Assembly: GCF_963506605.1 (NCBI RefSeq)
Contig: NC_083288.1
Location: forward strand, 33,790,001-33,854,000
DNA from: Zootoca vivipara
Lineage: Eukaryota
Reading direction: 5' to 3'
DNA: 64,000 bases
In this document: positions 11,901-25,300 of the stretch, in pieces
How the letters are laid out: each line of letters begins with the position of its first letter
Position numbering within the stretch: the first letter of the stretch is position 1
The notes under the pieces: model-generated
The model's database searches: none
Told to the model about the DNA's origin: nothing
Seen by the model: only the letters and a program-made list of their open reading frames with translations
Made by a program: the position numbers and the translations under genes

Positions 11901-14494
11901 CAAGAGGCTTTATGGTTAGTTCAGGCCTCGTCCATTTTCCATCTTATAGCCAGCCCTGTCTTGAGCATATGCGCCACCGAGGGGGGAAAATCCGCCCAGC
12001 ACCACCAAATTTAGATTAGCCCCCAAATTAACTTTTATTATGCTTATGTCAGACACCACGCTTACGCCTTATCTCTTGTTATGAATGACAAGCACCGCCG
12101 TTGTGAATGACAAGCGTGGTGCGTCTTTGATAAATGAGCGCACAAAGTCGAAAGTCCTTTAGTGAAACAGTAGGTATACATTTTGGTAATACCTAGGTAT
12201 ATATGTACAGTGGTACCTCGACTTACGAAGACGATCCGTTCTGTGGCCGTCTTCGTAAGTCGAGGTTTTCGGATGTCAAAGCGCCACTACAGCGCATGCG
12301 CAAAGCGCGATTTTGCGCTTCTGTGCATGCGCCGACCGCACACGCCGCTCTGCGCAGGCGCAGAACGTGCACGCCGAAAGGACTTCCGGGGGTTGTCGAC
12401 TTTGGAAGTCGAAACCTTTGGAAGTCGAAGCGTTCGGATGTCGAGGTATGACTGTATTTTGTTTTTATAGCTTGATCAAAATTATTTATTATTTCATAAT
12501 AGGTAGATAGTTAAGAGGTTAGGCAGCTTCAACGGTGGGCGCCTGGTGCCCCCCAGAATCGGGCGCCCAGGTGCCCTGCACCCCTTGCGCCCCCAGGTAA
12601 AGACGGCCCTGCTTATATCTCCCCCCCCCTTTCCTCACTCCACCCCTCACAGCTTGCGTGTCGTCATCTGCGCCATCACGGCCTGGGGTAGTTTCCTGTT
12701 GGTAGCCTTCTCCACAGGCACAGTCCAAAGCCTTGCAGGTAAGAACCATCTTCACAGGAGATGGGGTTGGCAGGGGGCAGGCAGGCAGTCCTCAAATTAT
12801 GGAGGGCAAACCCGGGGAGCTTGGCCCCCTTCTTATTTATTGTTACAGCCTCTTGGCGGCTGTTTCTTCGCATGCTTCGAAGGCACGATTTGACTAAAAC
12901 TGGGGGGGGGGGGCAAGAGCATGAGGCTTACGGGTTTTATATTGCACCACCCGTATCTTTCCAGCTGTGATTTGAGCATATGTGATCTCTTGCTTTAGAA
13001 TCGCTGCCTCTTAATTGTGAGCTCTGGCGGTGAGGGCCAAGAGAAAACAAGAGGGAAGCACCAGCATGTTTTGTATTGACTGGGTCTTTCTCCGCCTTCT
13101 AATTGTTGTAGGTGTCGTGCTGGCCAGTATTTCATCTGGCCTGGGTGAAATAACATTCCTTGCGCTCACGTCTTTCTTCGACAGGTAACTAAAGGCACAC
13201 AGTGGCTGCAGGGTGGAGATTTGGCAGTGGGGTCAGATGCCTTACTTGCTCAATGGGTGCAGCCTGTTTCTTTAGATTAGGGATGGGGAACCTGTGGCCC
13301 TCCAGATGTTAATGGACTACAGTTCTCATCATCCCTGACCATTGGCCATGCTGCCTGAGTTGATGGGAGTCCGAGCCCAACAACATATAGAAAAGCCACA
13401 GGTCCCCCAACCCACAAGGCCTTCCTTCCAACCATGGGGAACAGCTTTGAAAGAGGAAGGCAAATATAACGTTTTTATACAGCCACAGGTCCTGTTTCGA
13501 AGCATCCTTGTTTTGCCTTTCGATCTGAAGAAACAGGCTCCAAAATCTTCCAGCTTAGTTGCTTTGCACCACCCACCACCACCACCCCCAGCAACTTTTA
13601 AAAAAGATATTTTGTTGGCCTGTTTTTTTTGTTTTTGTNNNNNNNNNNNNNNNNNNNNNNNNNNNNNNNNNNNNNNNNNNNNNNNNNNNNNNNNNNNNNN
13701 NNNNNNNNNNNNNNNNNNNNNNNNNNNNNNNNNNNNNNNNNNNNNNNNNNNNNNNNNNNNNNNNNNNNTATCTGATAATGATAATAAAAATCAGAAAGGC
13801 CTGATGTGTGAGGGGAGGGACAAGATTGACAGCTGGGCCAGTGTTTGGTTTGAAGCGTGAGTAGAATAAATTTGTGCAGGATTTGTCAATTAGGTAATGA
13901 CGCTAGGTCTGGGGGTGCTTTCTGGTACCCAGAAATCACTCCCATTATGACTCATGTCCTTTCTGCTTCTCTTCCCACGCCCCCACCCCTCCCAGTGCCG
14001 TGGTGTCTGCCTGGTCTTCTGGAACAGGTGGGGCCGGCCTGCTAGGGGCACTTTCATACCTTGGACTGACAGAGTCAGGCTTGAGCCCCCAGCACACCCT
14101 CCTCCTCATGACCATTGTTCCGGTCATTATGCAGGTCAGGTGAGGACTAACTTTCTCATATTAGGTATCTGCTTATAGCAGTAGAAGTTTTAAAATGATC
14201 ATTCGAGGCCCCATGGCTCCTTGACCACCTTCTTCCTCCTCTCCACTTTCTCTATAGTTATTCTTTTGTGCTGGCTCCACCCCCCGGAGCTCCCCGCTGT
14301 GGCTGGGGCAATCGTCCGCAGAAGTCTCTGCGTTCTCCTTCCTCAACTCAGCAGCCGCTCCTTGAGATTAAAGCTACAGTCCAAAACAGTAAGCAAGCCC
14401 TTTACTGGCCCTTCCTGTGGTGCCACCTGTTGTATCATAAGGGACAGGTTAAGTATTTATACCCACAATGCACATTGTTTATCTTAAGGCTTTG

Positions 14495-14542
<48 letters not shown>

Positions 14543-17463
14543 AATGACTTTCAGTTTTAAACATTTCAATAATTTTACAATCCTTTTAGCATTTCAAAAC
14601 TCGACTTTCTTCCCCCTCTTTCTGCGGTTCCTTAAATTTATTTTAAATATTTTCTGCCTATCAAAATGAACTTAATTTACTCCTTTATTCATCTACCTTA
14701 AATAAATACTCTTATAAACCTGCAAGTTATTACAATAATCCTTCCAATGTTCTTCTCTGTTTACAGTTTATTTGTAAATATTCAATAAACCATTTCCATT
14801 CTTTTATTTAAAAAAAGTCTATCTTAAGACTTTATCCCTGGGAATAAATGCTGTCACGGCTTCTTTACCCATGATGCACTGTGCTCACGCCAAGCACAAG
14901 GAAGAGTCGCTCACAGATATTGCTGTAACTCCTCATGTAATATCCTTAGCATTTGGCAATGTACAGAATTTTTCAAAATTCTTTCAATAACGTTGTTTTT
15001 ATCCTGTCTCATTTCAACTGTCATTTTCTTCCTTCAGAGGCACAAAGCCCTCAGCTCAGCCTGCAAGAAAAGGGGCAGGTGGTCAAGGTAAGAATCAGGC
15101 TTAGTATGTGGTGTTTTGTTTTTAATATGAGTGTGTAGGATTTTTCGGAGCACATGTTTAAAGGTGTCCATATCGCAGAAAATATCAGTATACATTTGCG
15201 TGTAAATATGTCCCTATTCTAGAGGGTATCAGGGTGAATAATGCATAAAGTGGATGCGGGGAGAATGCTACCGTATTAAATTGCTAAACAAAGGCCAAGT
15301 CTCGGTTCTTACTGGAATTTATGCCACATTATCTGGAAGCCCTTCTCACCGATCCCAGATGTAAAAGACCTCATTGTGAGTTTACCCCTCACCTTCCCAG
15401 CACCCTTAAAAAACCACAGTTCCCAGGATTCTTTGGGGGAAGCCTTGTTCTTTAAATGTATGGTGCAAATGTGATCCCAGTAGTAAAGGGTGCTGTTTGT
15501 GAAGCCTGCATTACTCAAGGTGACCATATACCTCTGATTGACTCATGGTTTCATGGCCTTCCCATGATGCACTAACATGGACCTTCTCTGTTACTAGGGT
15601 CTCTTAAAATACCTCATCCCTTTGGCTGTTGTCTATTTTGCTGAATACTTCATCAACCAGGGCCTGGTGAGTAGTGTGAAAGTTGGGGATGGGTGAAGAC
15701 TTCTTTACCAGGGAGGTGGAGCTAAATATTCTGATCCATCCCCATTAATGCCCCCCCTTTTGTCTTCTCCTTCCTCAGTTTGAACTGCTGTACTTCCATG
15801 AAGCGCCGTTTAATCACCCGCAACAATATCGTTGGTGAGTGAAAGGCGGGGAGGTGAGACGAGATGGGATTTTGGAACCTCAGTCTGGCTTGGGTTGGTA
15901 GGTTAGAAAAGTGCTGGGAGCTAAAACTCCTGATCTCTCCCCCCCCCCCGCCTCCTATAGGTACCAGATGCTCTACCAGGCTGGGGTCTTTGTCTCTCGT
16001 TCCTCTGCCAGCTGCATACGGATTCGGCACATATGGCTCCTTGCAGTGTTACAGGTAAAACATCCCCCTCGCCAACAGACACCTGCATGAATGATTCCTT
16101 TTTGCTCTTCCGAGACATGTTCATCCCCCCATTTCTGTTGTAATGTTGACGTTGCAATCCAAGTATTGTGATCTTTCTCTGCCAGTGAACACATGCGGTA
16201 GTCTTATCATTGGGTCTATCTAGCCCAGTTTTGTAGAGTCTCCAGGAAGCAGACTGAGCTCCTTTCAGCCAGGGACTGAACTTGGGCCTTTGTGTTTTGC
16301 TTCTGAGGTGGAGGAATGGGGTCACTCCTCCCACCTGCTTTGTAGGTAAAGGTAAAGGGACCCCTAACCATTAGGTCCAGTCGTGACCGACTCTGGGGTA
16401 GCGGCGCTCATGTTGCTTTATTGGCCGAGGGAGCCGGCGTACAGCTTCCAGGTCATGTGGCCAGCATGACAAAAGCTGCTTCTGGCGAACCAGAGCAGCA
16501 CACGTAAACACCGTTTACCTTCCCACTGGAGCGGTACCTATTTATCTACTTGCACTTTGACGTGCTTTTGAACTGCTAGGTTGGCAGGAGCTGGGACTGA
16601 GCAACGGGAGCTCACCCCGTTGCGGGGATTTGAACCGCCTTCTGATCTTCTGATCGGCAAGCCCTGGGCTCTGTGGTTTAACCCACAGCGCCACCCTCTT
16701 TGTAGGTGGGGCTATGCAAATGACTTGGTGTTTGGTCTGCTTCAGTGGGAGGAGACTCCACCAGTTTGTCCCACCTGCTTTAGAAGCAAGAGAAGCTAGG
16801 CTTCTGTGAACCTTTTGGAGGATGATCACACATTTATTGCACTGCAAATTGTCCTTCTGGATAGGCAGGCCTAGTCTCCCATTGTGCCTTTCAGAACTGC
16901 CTGAGCAGCAGGAAGGAGCAGGCAGTGTTGCCTGCTAATGTCGGCAGAGCAGCAGTCTCTTACTTTGGTCTGTTTGAAGTTTCCTACCCTTGCAATGTTT
17001 TCCTGTTCTGCTTATTCCCCATCACTGCCACCTTTCGCTCCTTTTCCCACAGCAGAACAGCCATATTGTTTTCTCCTCCAGTTGTCAAGGTCTTGACATG
17101 CTATCTCTTGCTTCCCCTCTCCAACTAGTGCCTGAACATGGTGTTCCTCTCGGTTGCTGTGTCCAAAATGTTTCTACCCAGCATCTATATAGTTTTTGCT
17201 CTGGTACTCTACGAGGGATTGCTGGGAGGAGCTGGCTACGTGAACACTTTCCACTGCATTAGTGAAAAGGTGAGCTTGGCGGGGGTGGGAGGTACCCAAT
17301 AGGGAAGAATGTTTATGGAGCACCCAGGAGGGTGAGACTTCAGTCACATGACTGAGGGTAGAGAAAGGCATATCACTCAGAGTTTGAGAGAGATGAGCAT
17401 GAGGCCAGTTCCATTATTTGGAGGGAGCAAGGAACAAGCAAGTAGACCTTTTAACCAGTTGGG

Positions 17464-17497
<34 letters not shown>

Positions 17498-17831
17498 GCA
17501 CCTCTCTCCTCTTTCCCCTTCCCCTGCTCCAGCAAAGTCTTTTTGTGCTGCAAAAGACACTTGGGGGAGGGAAGCAGGAAGCAGGTGCCTGGGAAGCTCA
17601 AAAGAAAGGTGATAGTGACTAGGAGTAGTACCTCCCATTTTCAGAAGTCATAGCAGAGGATCATTGTCTAATATATATATTCTCTCTCCTCCTCCCTCCC
17701 TCTAAATGCAGAGCAAGCCGGAGCACCGTGAATTTGCTATGGGAGTTGCTTGTATAGCTGACACGTTGGGCATCTCCCTTTCAGGTGCTGTTGCTATCCC
17801 TATCCACAATTATTTCTGTCGCCTCCCTTGA
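8995..17831 (+). CDS. CLN3: CLN3 battenin, lysosomal/endosomal transmembrane protein, 15 coding exons, ~448 aa
   Basis: Exons: 8995-9043, 9137(or 9143)-9227, 9816-9918, 11328-11387, 11480-11559, 12653-12738, 13112-13184, 13996-14139, 14258-14388, 15038-15087, 15598-15666, 15779-15834, 15961-16054, 17129-17269, 17712-17831. Diagnostic peptides: [91 protein letters not shown]. Confidence 0.97.
10620..10815 (+). mobile_element. MIR-like tRNA SINE (old); related pieces near 18880-19050, 20970-21080 and 52970-53130
   Basis: GGGTTCAAATTCCC B-box and CCTAACCTACCTC-CAG-GTTGCTGTG core. Confidence 0.6.
12208..12454. mobile_element. Tc1/mariner MITE (CpG-rich, young)
   Basis: TA|CAGTGGTACCTCGAC...GTCGAGGTATGACTG|TA. 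Confidence 0.8.
13639..13768. other. Assembly gap (130 N)
   Basis: N run in CLN3 intron 7; no exon appears to be missing. Confidence 0.99.
14496..14542. repeat. (ATT)n microsatellite
   Basis: Read directly from the sequence. Confidence 0.95.
16348..16697 (-). mobile_element. Sauria-type SINE
   Basis: (ACCTTT)n-type tail on minus, the GGTCATGTGGCCAGCATGAC core and flanking direct repeat CTTTGTAGGT. Confidence 0.85.
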
Positions 17832-18417
17832 GGCCCACTTCCCAGGGGGACCAACGGATGCCTTGACTTACCACATGCTTGTTTCTGAACAGTACATTTC
17901 CCAGAATGGAGGAGGGAAAGACACTGGGATGTGCATGCCAGTCAAAAGAGGAGAAAGGAGGCACACGGAGTTGAGGGGTCGGCTTTTGGCATTAATTTCC
18001 TCGTCTGTTTTGATTTTGGAGAGCATTTTACTTTAACCAAGCCTGAATGGGAATCTACTTTTGTCCCATGTTGCACAGCAGTGGGAGGGCTTAATCAGAG
18101 CACACAATCACAGATGGATGGAAAATCATGTTCTGCAGTTCATAGGGGGGAAACATGTGAACGTTGCATAAAATAGGTCACACAGCACATCCTTGTGTTG
18201 GGCAGGGGGAGCAGAGGGAAGAATATTTAGTATGACACTCCTAAGTAACTAGAAGATACTGCAGAAATGGGATGTGCAGATGCATAAGTGCATTAATAAC
18301 CATAGACAAATATGGAAGGAGGGAACGAAGATTGTTAGGGTGAGATGCACGCTCAATTCAGAAAGAGGCAAGGATAATAATTTTGCACAGTGATGAATTT
18401 CTGTCTCAAGCTCAATC

Positions 18418-18423
18418 AATAAA
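18418..18423 (+). terminator. Candidate CLN3 polyadenylation signal
   Basis: First AATAAA I found after the CLN3 stop, followed by a GU/U-rich tract (tgctctgttgttgctctttt). Confidence 0.55.
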
Positions 18424-19086
18424 CCAGCCATATTTCAATTATTGCTCTGTTGTTGCTCTTTTTCAACGATATACCAATTATGGTACGGGCTGATATGTTT
18501 GGGGGATTTGTTGAGACAGCGGCTAGAAGTAGTGAGTGGAAATAGCAAGAGTGCAGATTTTGGCTCTGAACATTATCAGAAAACTTCCTATTGGGAAGAG
18601 CTTTTTGGCAGTGGGAAATGCTGCCTGAGGAGGTAGTGGTGTCTTTCATTGGAAATATTTAAGTACATGGTAGACACCCATCTGTCAGGAATGCTGAAGT
18701 TGTAAGATTCCTGCACTGAGCACAGCTGGACTAGAGGACATCCAGAGACTCCTCTAGCTCTAAAATCTCCTCTTCCCTAGCATATGCATATTTGTACAGA
18801 ATGAAACATATTTTAAGTAAGGTTTTTAATCTTTGTCGTCGGGGTAGGTAACAAACAATAAAGCCACAATAATGTAGGAGTTAAGGGAGATGTGAGTTCA
18901 AATTCCTGCTCACCTGCAAAGCTTACTGGTGACACTGTGCAAGTCACTCTTTCTCTGCCTAACCAAACAAGTAGTGTGGTGGGGATACACAGAGAGGGCA
19001 TGTGTTATTTATGTAATTAAAAGTATTTATAAAGTGCTTTAAATTTCTTTGCCTCCTTTCATCCGAGCACAGGGCGGTTTACAATA

Positions 19087-19306
19087 CAGTCGTACCTTGG
19101 AAATCGAACGGAACCTGTTCTAGAAGTCCATTCGACTTCCAAAACATTTGGAAACCAAAGCGCGGCTTCTGACTGGCTGCAGGAAGCCTGTCGGATATTC
19201 AGCTTCCAAAAATAGTTTGCAAACCGGAACAGTCGCTTCTGGGTTTGCAGCATTCGGGAGCCAAAACATTCAGGAACTAAGCTGTTCCAAAACCAAGGTA
19301 CAACTG
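19087..19306. mobile_element. Tc1/mariner MITE
   Basis: TA|CAGTCGTACCTTGG...CCAAGGTACAACTG|TA. Confidence 0.8.
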
Positions 19307-20269
19307 TATTAAAACTGTATTAAAAATACCGTATATATATATACTGTAGCAAGCAAAAAAATAGCCCACAGTTTAAAAGGCCGTAGATTGTTTAATTACC
19401 CAAAGGCCTGGGAGAAGAGGAATGTTTTTGACTGGTGCCTAATTTTTTTTACATTTCTAAGCAGAGTGCACACAATATACAAACCAACCTAATAACATGT
19501 TCTTGGTACCAGTCTGTCTCGGGAGACAATGAAGAAGTGTGCCTTTTGGGGGTGAAGACACATTGTTAGAAGTTTATGGTGCCTGCTGCAGCTGTAGAGA
19601 CCTACAGGAGAGAGAGAGAGACATGCTTTGTTGCAGCTTGGGCAGATAGCAGGAAAACAAATAATCATAAAAATAGAAATCTAGTAGTGACACAAGTTCC
19701 AGTCTTCTAGAACAAGGAATGCTTGTACATGACCCTATGTCTTTGTAGGATATCCAAAGCAAATTATGCTTCGACGATGTTCCAGAGTACAAGGGCAGCA
19801 GCTGAAAATGCTCATTTGTGCATCATCGCCTTTCTGATATTATACAGGGTGCATTGCCACAAGTAAAATTTCTCCAGATGATGCAGGTGATCTTAACAGA
19901 TCTACACAAGGGCAATCTTTCATATGAGCCTGGTCCAGAGTTCTTAAGGCTTTCTCCGTTGGTAAAAATACCCTGAATATGGCCCGGGAGCAAATGCAGC
20001 TCCCTTGGCACAGTTGTTGAGCCCAGAGGTTATACAGTTTAGGAAATTCCTAATTTAAGTCGTTGTGCTTTTAACTGGGGTAAGTAGAGTAAAGGTTCGC
20101 CTGCGTCACCGTCGATGACTAAAGCAGTGAAATGGTTATTTTCCAGAAAATACAGTACAGAATCATTGCTCTGAAGTCTGAAGCACCGCCACGGCGAATA
20201 AAACGACAGATTACCGTTGCAGTTAAGGGCACTATCGTCTGCGCGCGCAGCTTAAAACACCCAGCATCT

Positions 20270-20720
20270 CCATTTGGACTACAACTCCCATCATCCCTTT
20301 CTCCAGGTCACTTTACCGCAAAGTTTAAGACCATAGAAATTACGGTAAAATGTAGAATCTCTGTAATAATGGAAAGCCACCTATAGTCGTGATTTCCGCC
20401 CCGCCCCCACCTTCGGAATGGATGAGTGGTGCCACTCTACAATTTAGCATCTCTATTATCTTAGCATTTCCCTCTTGGGAAGGAAGTAGTCATCATGGCC
20501 GCGCCGGGGTGTTGATGAGCCTGCAGAAGGCTTTGCGCATGTGCGTTGGCTGCGGGAAGCGACGCGCCTTCATTTTACCAGGCCCGGGCCGGGTAAGCGC
20601 GTGCGAGAGGCGCGGTTCTTGGGCTACCGGCGGAGGAAGGAGGTAAATCCCGAAGGTTAGGGGAGGGAGGAGTAGGAGGCGTCCGAGGGGGGCCCCACCG
20701 GCTTCCTGGGTGGCCTTCGC
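20270..20720 (+). promoter_or_regulatory. EIF3C CpG-island promoter and non-coding exon 1
   Basis: CpG-dense stretch with a ZNF143/THAP11-type ACTACAACTCCCA at 20278, GC boxes at 20396-20407 and NRF1-like TGCGCATGTGCG at 20534-20545. Donor GAG|GTAAAT at 20642/20643; the matching acceptor is at 22312, upstream of the ATG. Confidence 0.75.
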
Positions 20721-21237
20721 TCTAGGAGGAGGGTTTTTTTGTCCCCATTGGGGAGATGCGTGTTTGTCTGTTTGGGCTGTCGGTGTTTTAAACTCAGCTG
20801 AGTGTTTAGAACATTTATACTGATGAGGTTATATATGTAGTTTTATGTAATATATGCATTGACATCATGCCTGGTGCGCTGGTCCTTCCTCGAGCCAAAA
20901 TTTCTCCACTCCTAGCAAAGGGGAAGCATCGCGGCAGGATTGGGGAAGGCCCGAGGCTTGCTGAAATACAGTAGTTCAGTTTCCCACTCAGTGTTGAACC
21001 TCACTAGATGAGCTTGGGTCAGTCACTGTCTGTCAACCTTATCTACCTCTCAAGATGCTTGTGAGGATAGAAAGAGTTGGGTGAGATCAGAAGGATGTAA
21101 CCCTGAGGCCCTCATGATGCTGGACAACAACTCCCATCATCCCTGACCATTGGTTTTGCTGGCTGGGACTGATGGGAGTTGGAGTTCAACATCTGCAGGG
21201 CCAGATGGGTGAAAGGTGTGATAAAAATAATATAAAC

Positions 21238-21373
21238 CAGGCACCCCCAAACTGTGGCCCTCCAGATGTTTTGGCCTACAACTCCCATGATCCCTAGTTA
21301 ACAGGACCAGTGGTCAGGGATGATGGGAATCGTAGTCCAAAACATCTGGAGGGCCAAAGTTTGGGAATGCCTG
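21238..21373. mobile_element. 136-bp hAT MITE, copy 1
   Basis: CAGGCACCCCCAAACT...AGTTTGGGAATGCCTG with 8-bp TSD ATATAAAC. Confidence 0.9.
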
Positions 21374-21409
21374 ATATAAACCAACATGAGTGTGCTTGAT
21401 GTTTTATGA

Positions 21410-21718
21410 CAGGGGTGGCCAACTCCCAAGAGACTGCGATCTACTCACAGAGTTAAAAACTGGCAGTGATCTACCCCCTTTTGGGGGGTTCAGGTCAAAG
21501 ATGTTGAGGTTTTTTTAGGAAGGAGGAAGGTCCATTTTGGGGAGGTTTGGGTCAAAGTTGTTGAGTTTTTTCAAGGAGGCGGTAAAATGTTGAGCTTTTT
21601 TTTTAGGGGAGCCACAGTTGTTCAGCTTCTTTGAGCGGAGCCAATGATCTACCAGAGATCTACTGCAGACATCCAGTGATCTACCGGTAGATCACGATCT
21701 ACCTGTTGGACATGCCTG
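21410..21718. mobile_element. hAT MITE
   Basis: CAGGGGTGGCCAAC...GTTGGACATGCCTG, with 8-bp TSD TTTTATGA and repeated subterminal GATCTAC. Confidence 0.85.
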
Positions 21719-22356
21719 TTTTATGAGAAACAAATGACAGTCTGTGCCCTGAGATGCTTATAGCCTGCAGTTTGGTCTGCAGGGAGGCATAGAACAGCTG
21801 TCTCTTGCCCGAGGCCCTCCAAATGTTGCTGTACTCTGTTCCCATCAGCCATGGCAAATATAGGGAGTTATCGGCTGAAACATCTGGAAGGTGCCAGGCT
21901 GGAGAAGGAATTATAAACATGGGAAGAATATGCATTTAGCTCAGTTACATGTGCTTAGGCTTAGTTTCCATTTAGGCTAGTGACAAAGAAGTTTGCCAAG
22001 GTTTATATCAAAGCACACACAATAATTCATGTTGGTACAGGCAGCGACCATTTTGCATGGGGATTCTGCTCCTGGCCTCCACGTGCGTTGGTGGAGTGTG
22101 CACAAGCTCGATCCGCCATGTTCTGCCTCCATTCTTCCCTTTTCTAGATCCAAAAGGACCCACACGTCAGTGGTCTTGCATCAGTTGGACACACCTAAAA
22201 TGGTCGCTGCCTACATACCAGGTGTTGACATTATAAATGGAAGCAAATGAACTCAACCTTGGTATGACCATTGCACTCACTGGGCCTTTGGCTTCTTATC
22301 TTTCCCATTCAGAATTGGGAGCAGTGGGTTGCTGACAACCCAGAGCCGCTGCCGCC

Positions 22357-25300
22357 ATGTCGCGTTTCTTTACCACTGGCTCGGACAGTGAGTCGGAATC
22401 GTCACTTTCTGGGGACGAGCTTGTAGCGAAGCCTGTTGGGGGCAATTTTGGAAAACAGTAAGTATGGGGGAGGGAGGGCAGGGAGAACTTGAGTGAGAGG
22501 GTGGGAACAGAGGTTCCATGGGAGTGATGAATTGGAAGAAACAGACAGATGTCAACGAGAATAAGGGGGAGCATTTCTGATTTAAATGTCAGAAACAGGT
22601 AGTGAGGACCTGAATCCAATACACTCACATGGTACCTGTCTTGGGATTCCAGACCAAGTATCTCCTACTTATGGGTTGTGCACTGCCTTTCCCTCCCCCT
22701 GCCCTGCACACCTCTCACCACCTCCTTCTCCTGATCATTGATAGCAGGGATCCATTGTCTGTTCCTTTCCCTTTCTTGTAGGCCTCTGCTGTTGAGTGAA
22801 GATGAGGAAGATACAAAAAGGATTGTGCGCAGTGCAAAGGACAAGAGGTAACGTGCGGTTGGCTTGGTGGGAGAAGTGGCCCCTCTGGTTTCTGGAGGGC
22901 TGCGCCAATGCCATATTTTTGGGTAGCTGGGTAGTGGCTGCTTTACATTAGGGGTTGTGGCACTGTGTTCTCTGAGGGCATATCAATGCCCCAGGCTTAA
23001 CCATTCCTTCTTTGATCTTCCCTTACTGCAGGTTTGAGGAGCTTACGAACTTGATCAAAACAATCCGGAATGCCATGAAGATCCGGGACGTCACCAAATG
23101 CCTAGAGGAGTTTGAGCTGCTGGGCAAGGCCTATGGCAAGGCCAAGAGCATTGTTGACAAGGAGGGAGTGCCCCGCTTCTACATCCGCATCCTCGCAGAC
23201 CTTGAGGACTACCTCAATGAGGTACTGGGACCAGCAGGGAGGTTTTTGGTCCACAAAGTCCCTGTGCCTGGCTCAAGAGGGTTTCGTGACAATTTCAGAA
23301 GTCTCGTAGAGTCTGACACCTAGGGCTAAGGGAAAAAGGAGGGATTCTGTTCTCCTCCCCCCCCCCCGATAAAGAATTATGAGCTTCATTGCAAAAGGGA
23401 AATGAACGTAGAGCTCCCAGGATCAACTTTGATGCCTTTTTGGCGTCTCCTTTTACTGCCTGTTTGTTCCTGCATGAATGGAGTTGGATTCAAGGTATGG
23501 GTGCTAATTGGGGAGAGAAGTACTCTGAATCAGTTGAGCAGTGGAGTCAATGCTCATATCTGAAGGGCCACCTTCTCACATGTGGATCTGCCTATTTCTT
23601 AAGATCTGAACACACACCCCACTTTGGTGATAAGCCAGGTGATGACCGAGTACATGGTCTTTTGATAGTGGTGTCTGTTGGCCTCCCCAGAAATAGCCAC
23701 CTAGCACCTGCCTATTTACTGTTTAAATGTGTGTTGTGTTTTTCATGTTGCTCCTAGTTTAGTGTATCATCTTGGCGTGGATGTTGCTTTTCAAAACACA
23801 TAGCTTTTGTTGTAAAGCTGTTATGTTCTGTAAGCTGCCTTGAAGGGTTTGCAGAGTGGAACTCAAAATTTAAATGTCTGAAATATATAGAGAGCAAGAA
23901 GGCATATAGGGAAAGTCAGAGCAAGATGCCACCCACCTGCCTCTAATTCAAGGTACTAGGGCAGCCTATATGGTCTCTCCCCAACCCCATTTTATCCTCA
24001 TGACAGCCCTGCAAGGTAGGTTCAGATGAGAAAAGGTGACTAAGCCTAAGACACTTCACAGCTTTGTGGGAATTTGAGCACAGATCTCTCTGGTCCTAGC
24101 TCTGATACCCACTGTTGCACCATTCTGAGTCTTCATGCAGCACTGGGATGGGGAGCGGTGAACAAGCCAATCCCACAGACACAAGACTCCAGGATCCTCA
24201 AGGGAATAGCTAGAGAGCAAAATGGCTGTCCTCTTGCACATAGCTTTGGTTTGCATGTTTAGAGAAAAAGGGAGAGAGGCTGGTGTGTGGACCAAATGGC
24301 TATGGCCTGTCTGTAATTTCATCTCCCCTCTGGCTTTCGTAGCTCTGGGAGGACAAGGAAGGCAAGAAGAAGATGAACAAGAACAACGCCAAAGCCCTAA
24401 GCACGCTCCGCCAGAAGATCCGGAAGTACAACCGAGATTATGAGGCCCAGATCACGAGTTACCGCCAGGTACTGGCACATGGTTGGGTGGAGGGCATTCC
24501 AGGGAGGCGGCCGAGACATTGGGAATTATGTATAGCGCAGTCAGTGCAGCATGAGACTCTTAATTTCAGGGTTGTGGGTTCGAGCCTCATGTTGGGCAAA
24601 ATATTCCTGCATCGCTGGGGGTTGAACTACATGACCCTCATGGTCCCTTCCAATTCTATGAATCCCTTAGGACCTCTGACCTTCAAGATGTTGCTGGACT
24701 CGCAACTCCCATCTGCCCCAGCCAGCATGGCCAAGGGTCAGGGAAGCTGGGAGTTGTAAGTCAGCAAGATCTGGAGGTCCACAGTCACTGTCCTTGCTTT
24801 AGGCAATAGGGTTGATTACTGGCTTTGCCAGTTGTGTTAAGCATGGGTAGGCAAACTAAGGCCCATGGACCGGATCCGGCCCAATCGCCTTCTCAATCCG
24901 GCCCGCAGACGGTCCGGGAATCAGTGTGCTTTTACATGAGTAGAATGTGCCCTTTTATTTAAAATGCATCTCTGGGTTATTTGTGGGGCCTGCCTCGTGT
25001 TTTTACAGGAGTAGAATGTGTGCTTTTATTTAAAATGCATCTCTGGGTTATTTGTGGGGCATAGGAATTCATTCACACACACCCCAAAAAATATAGTCCA
25101 GCCCTCCACAAGGTCTGAGAGACAGTGCACTGGCCCCCTGCTCAAAAAGTTTGCTGACCCCTGGTGTTAAGGCTCAGGTGAAAAAACGGGTGAAAGCGGA
25201 AGGGAGGGTTTGGAGGAGTCAGGCTGTGCTGGAAGAGCAATTCTGTATGGTTCAAATTAAAGAAGAGTACCCTACATTCATCTTGACCACAGCATGTCTG

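Noticed and set aside
17817-17831. CLN3 C-terminal CRLP as loss of the CAAX prenylation motif
   Set aside because: The Cys at -4 is retained, and I recall Pro-ending variants in other vertebrates, so this is not evidently unusual.
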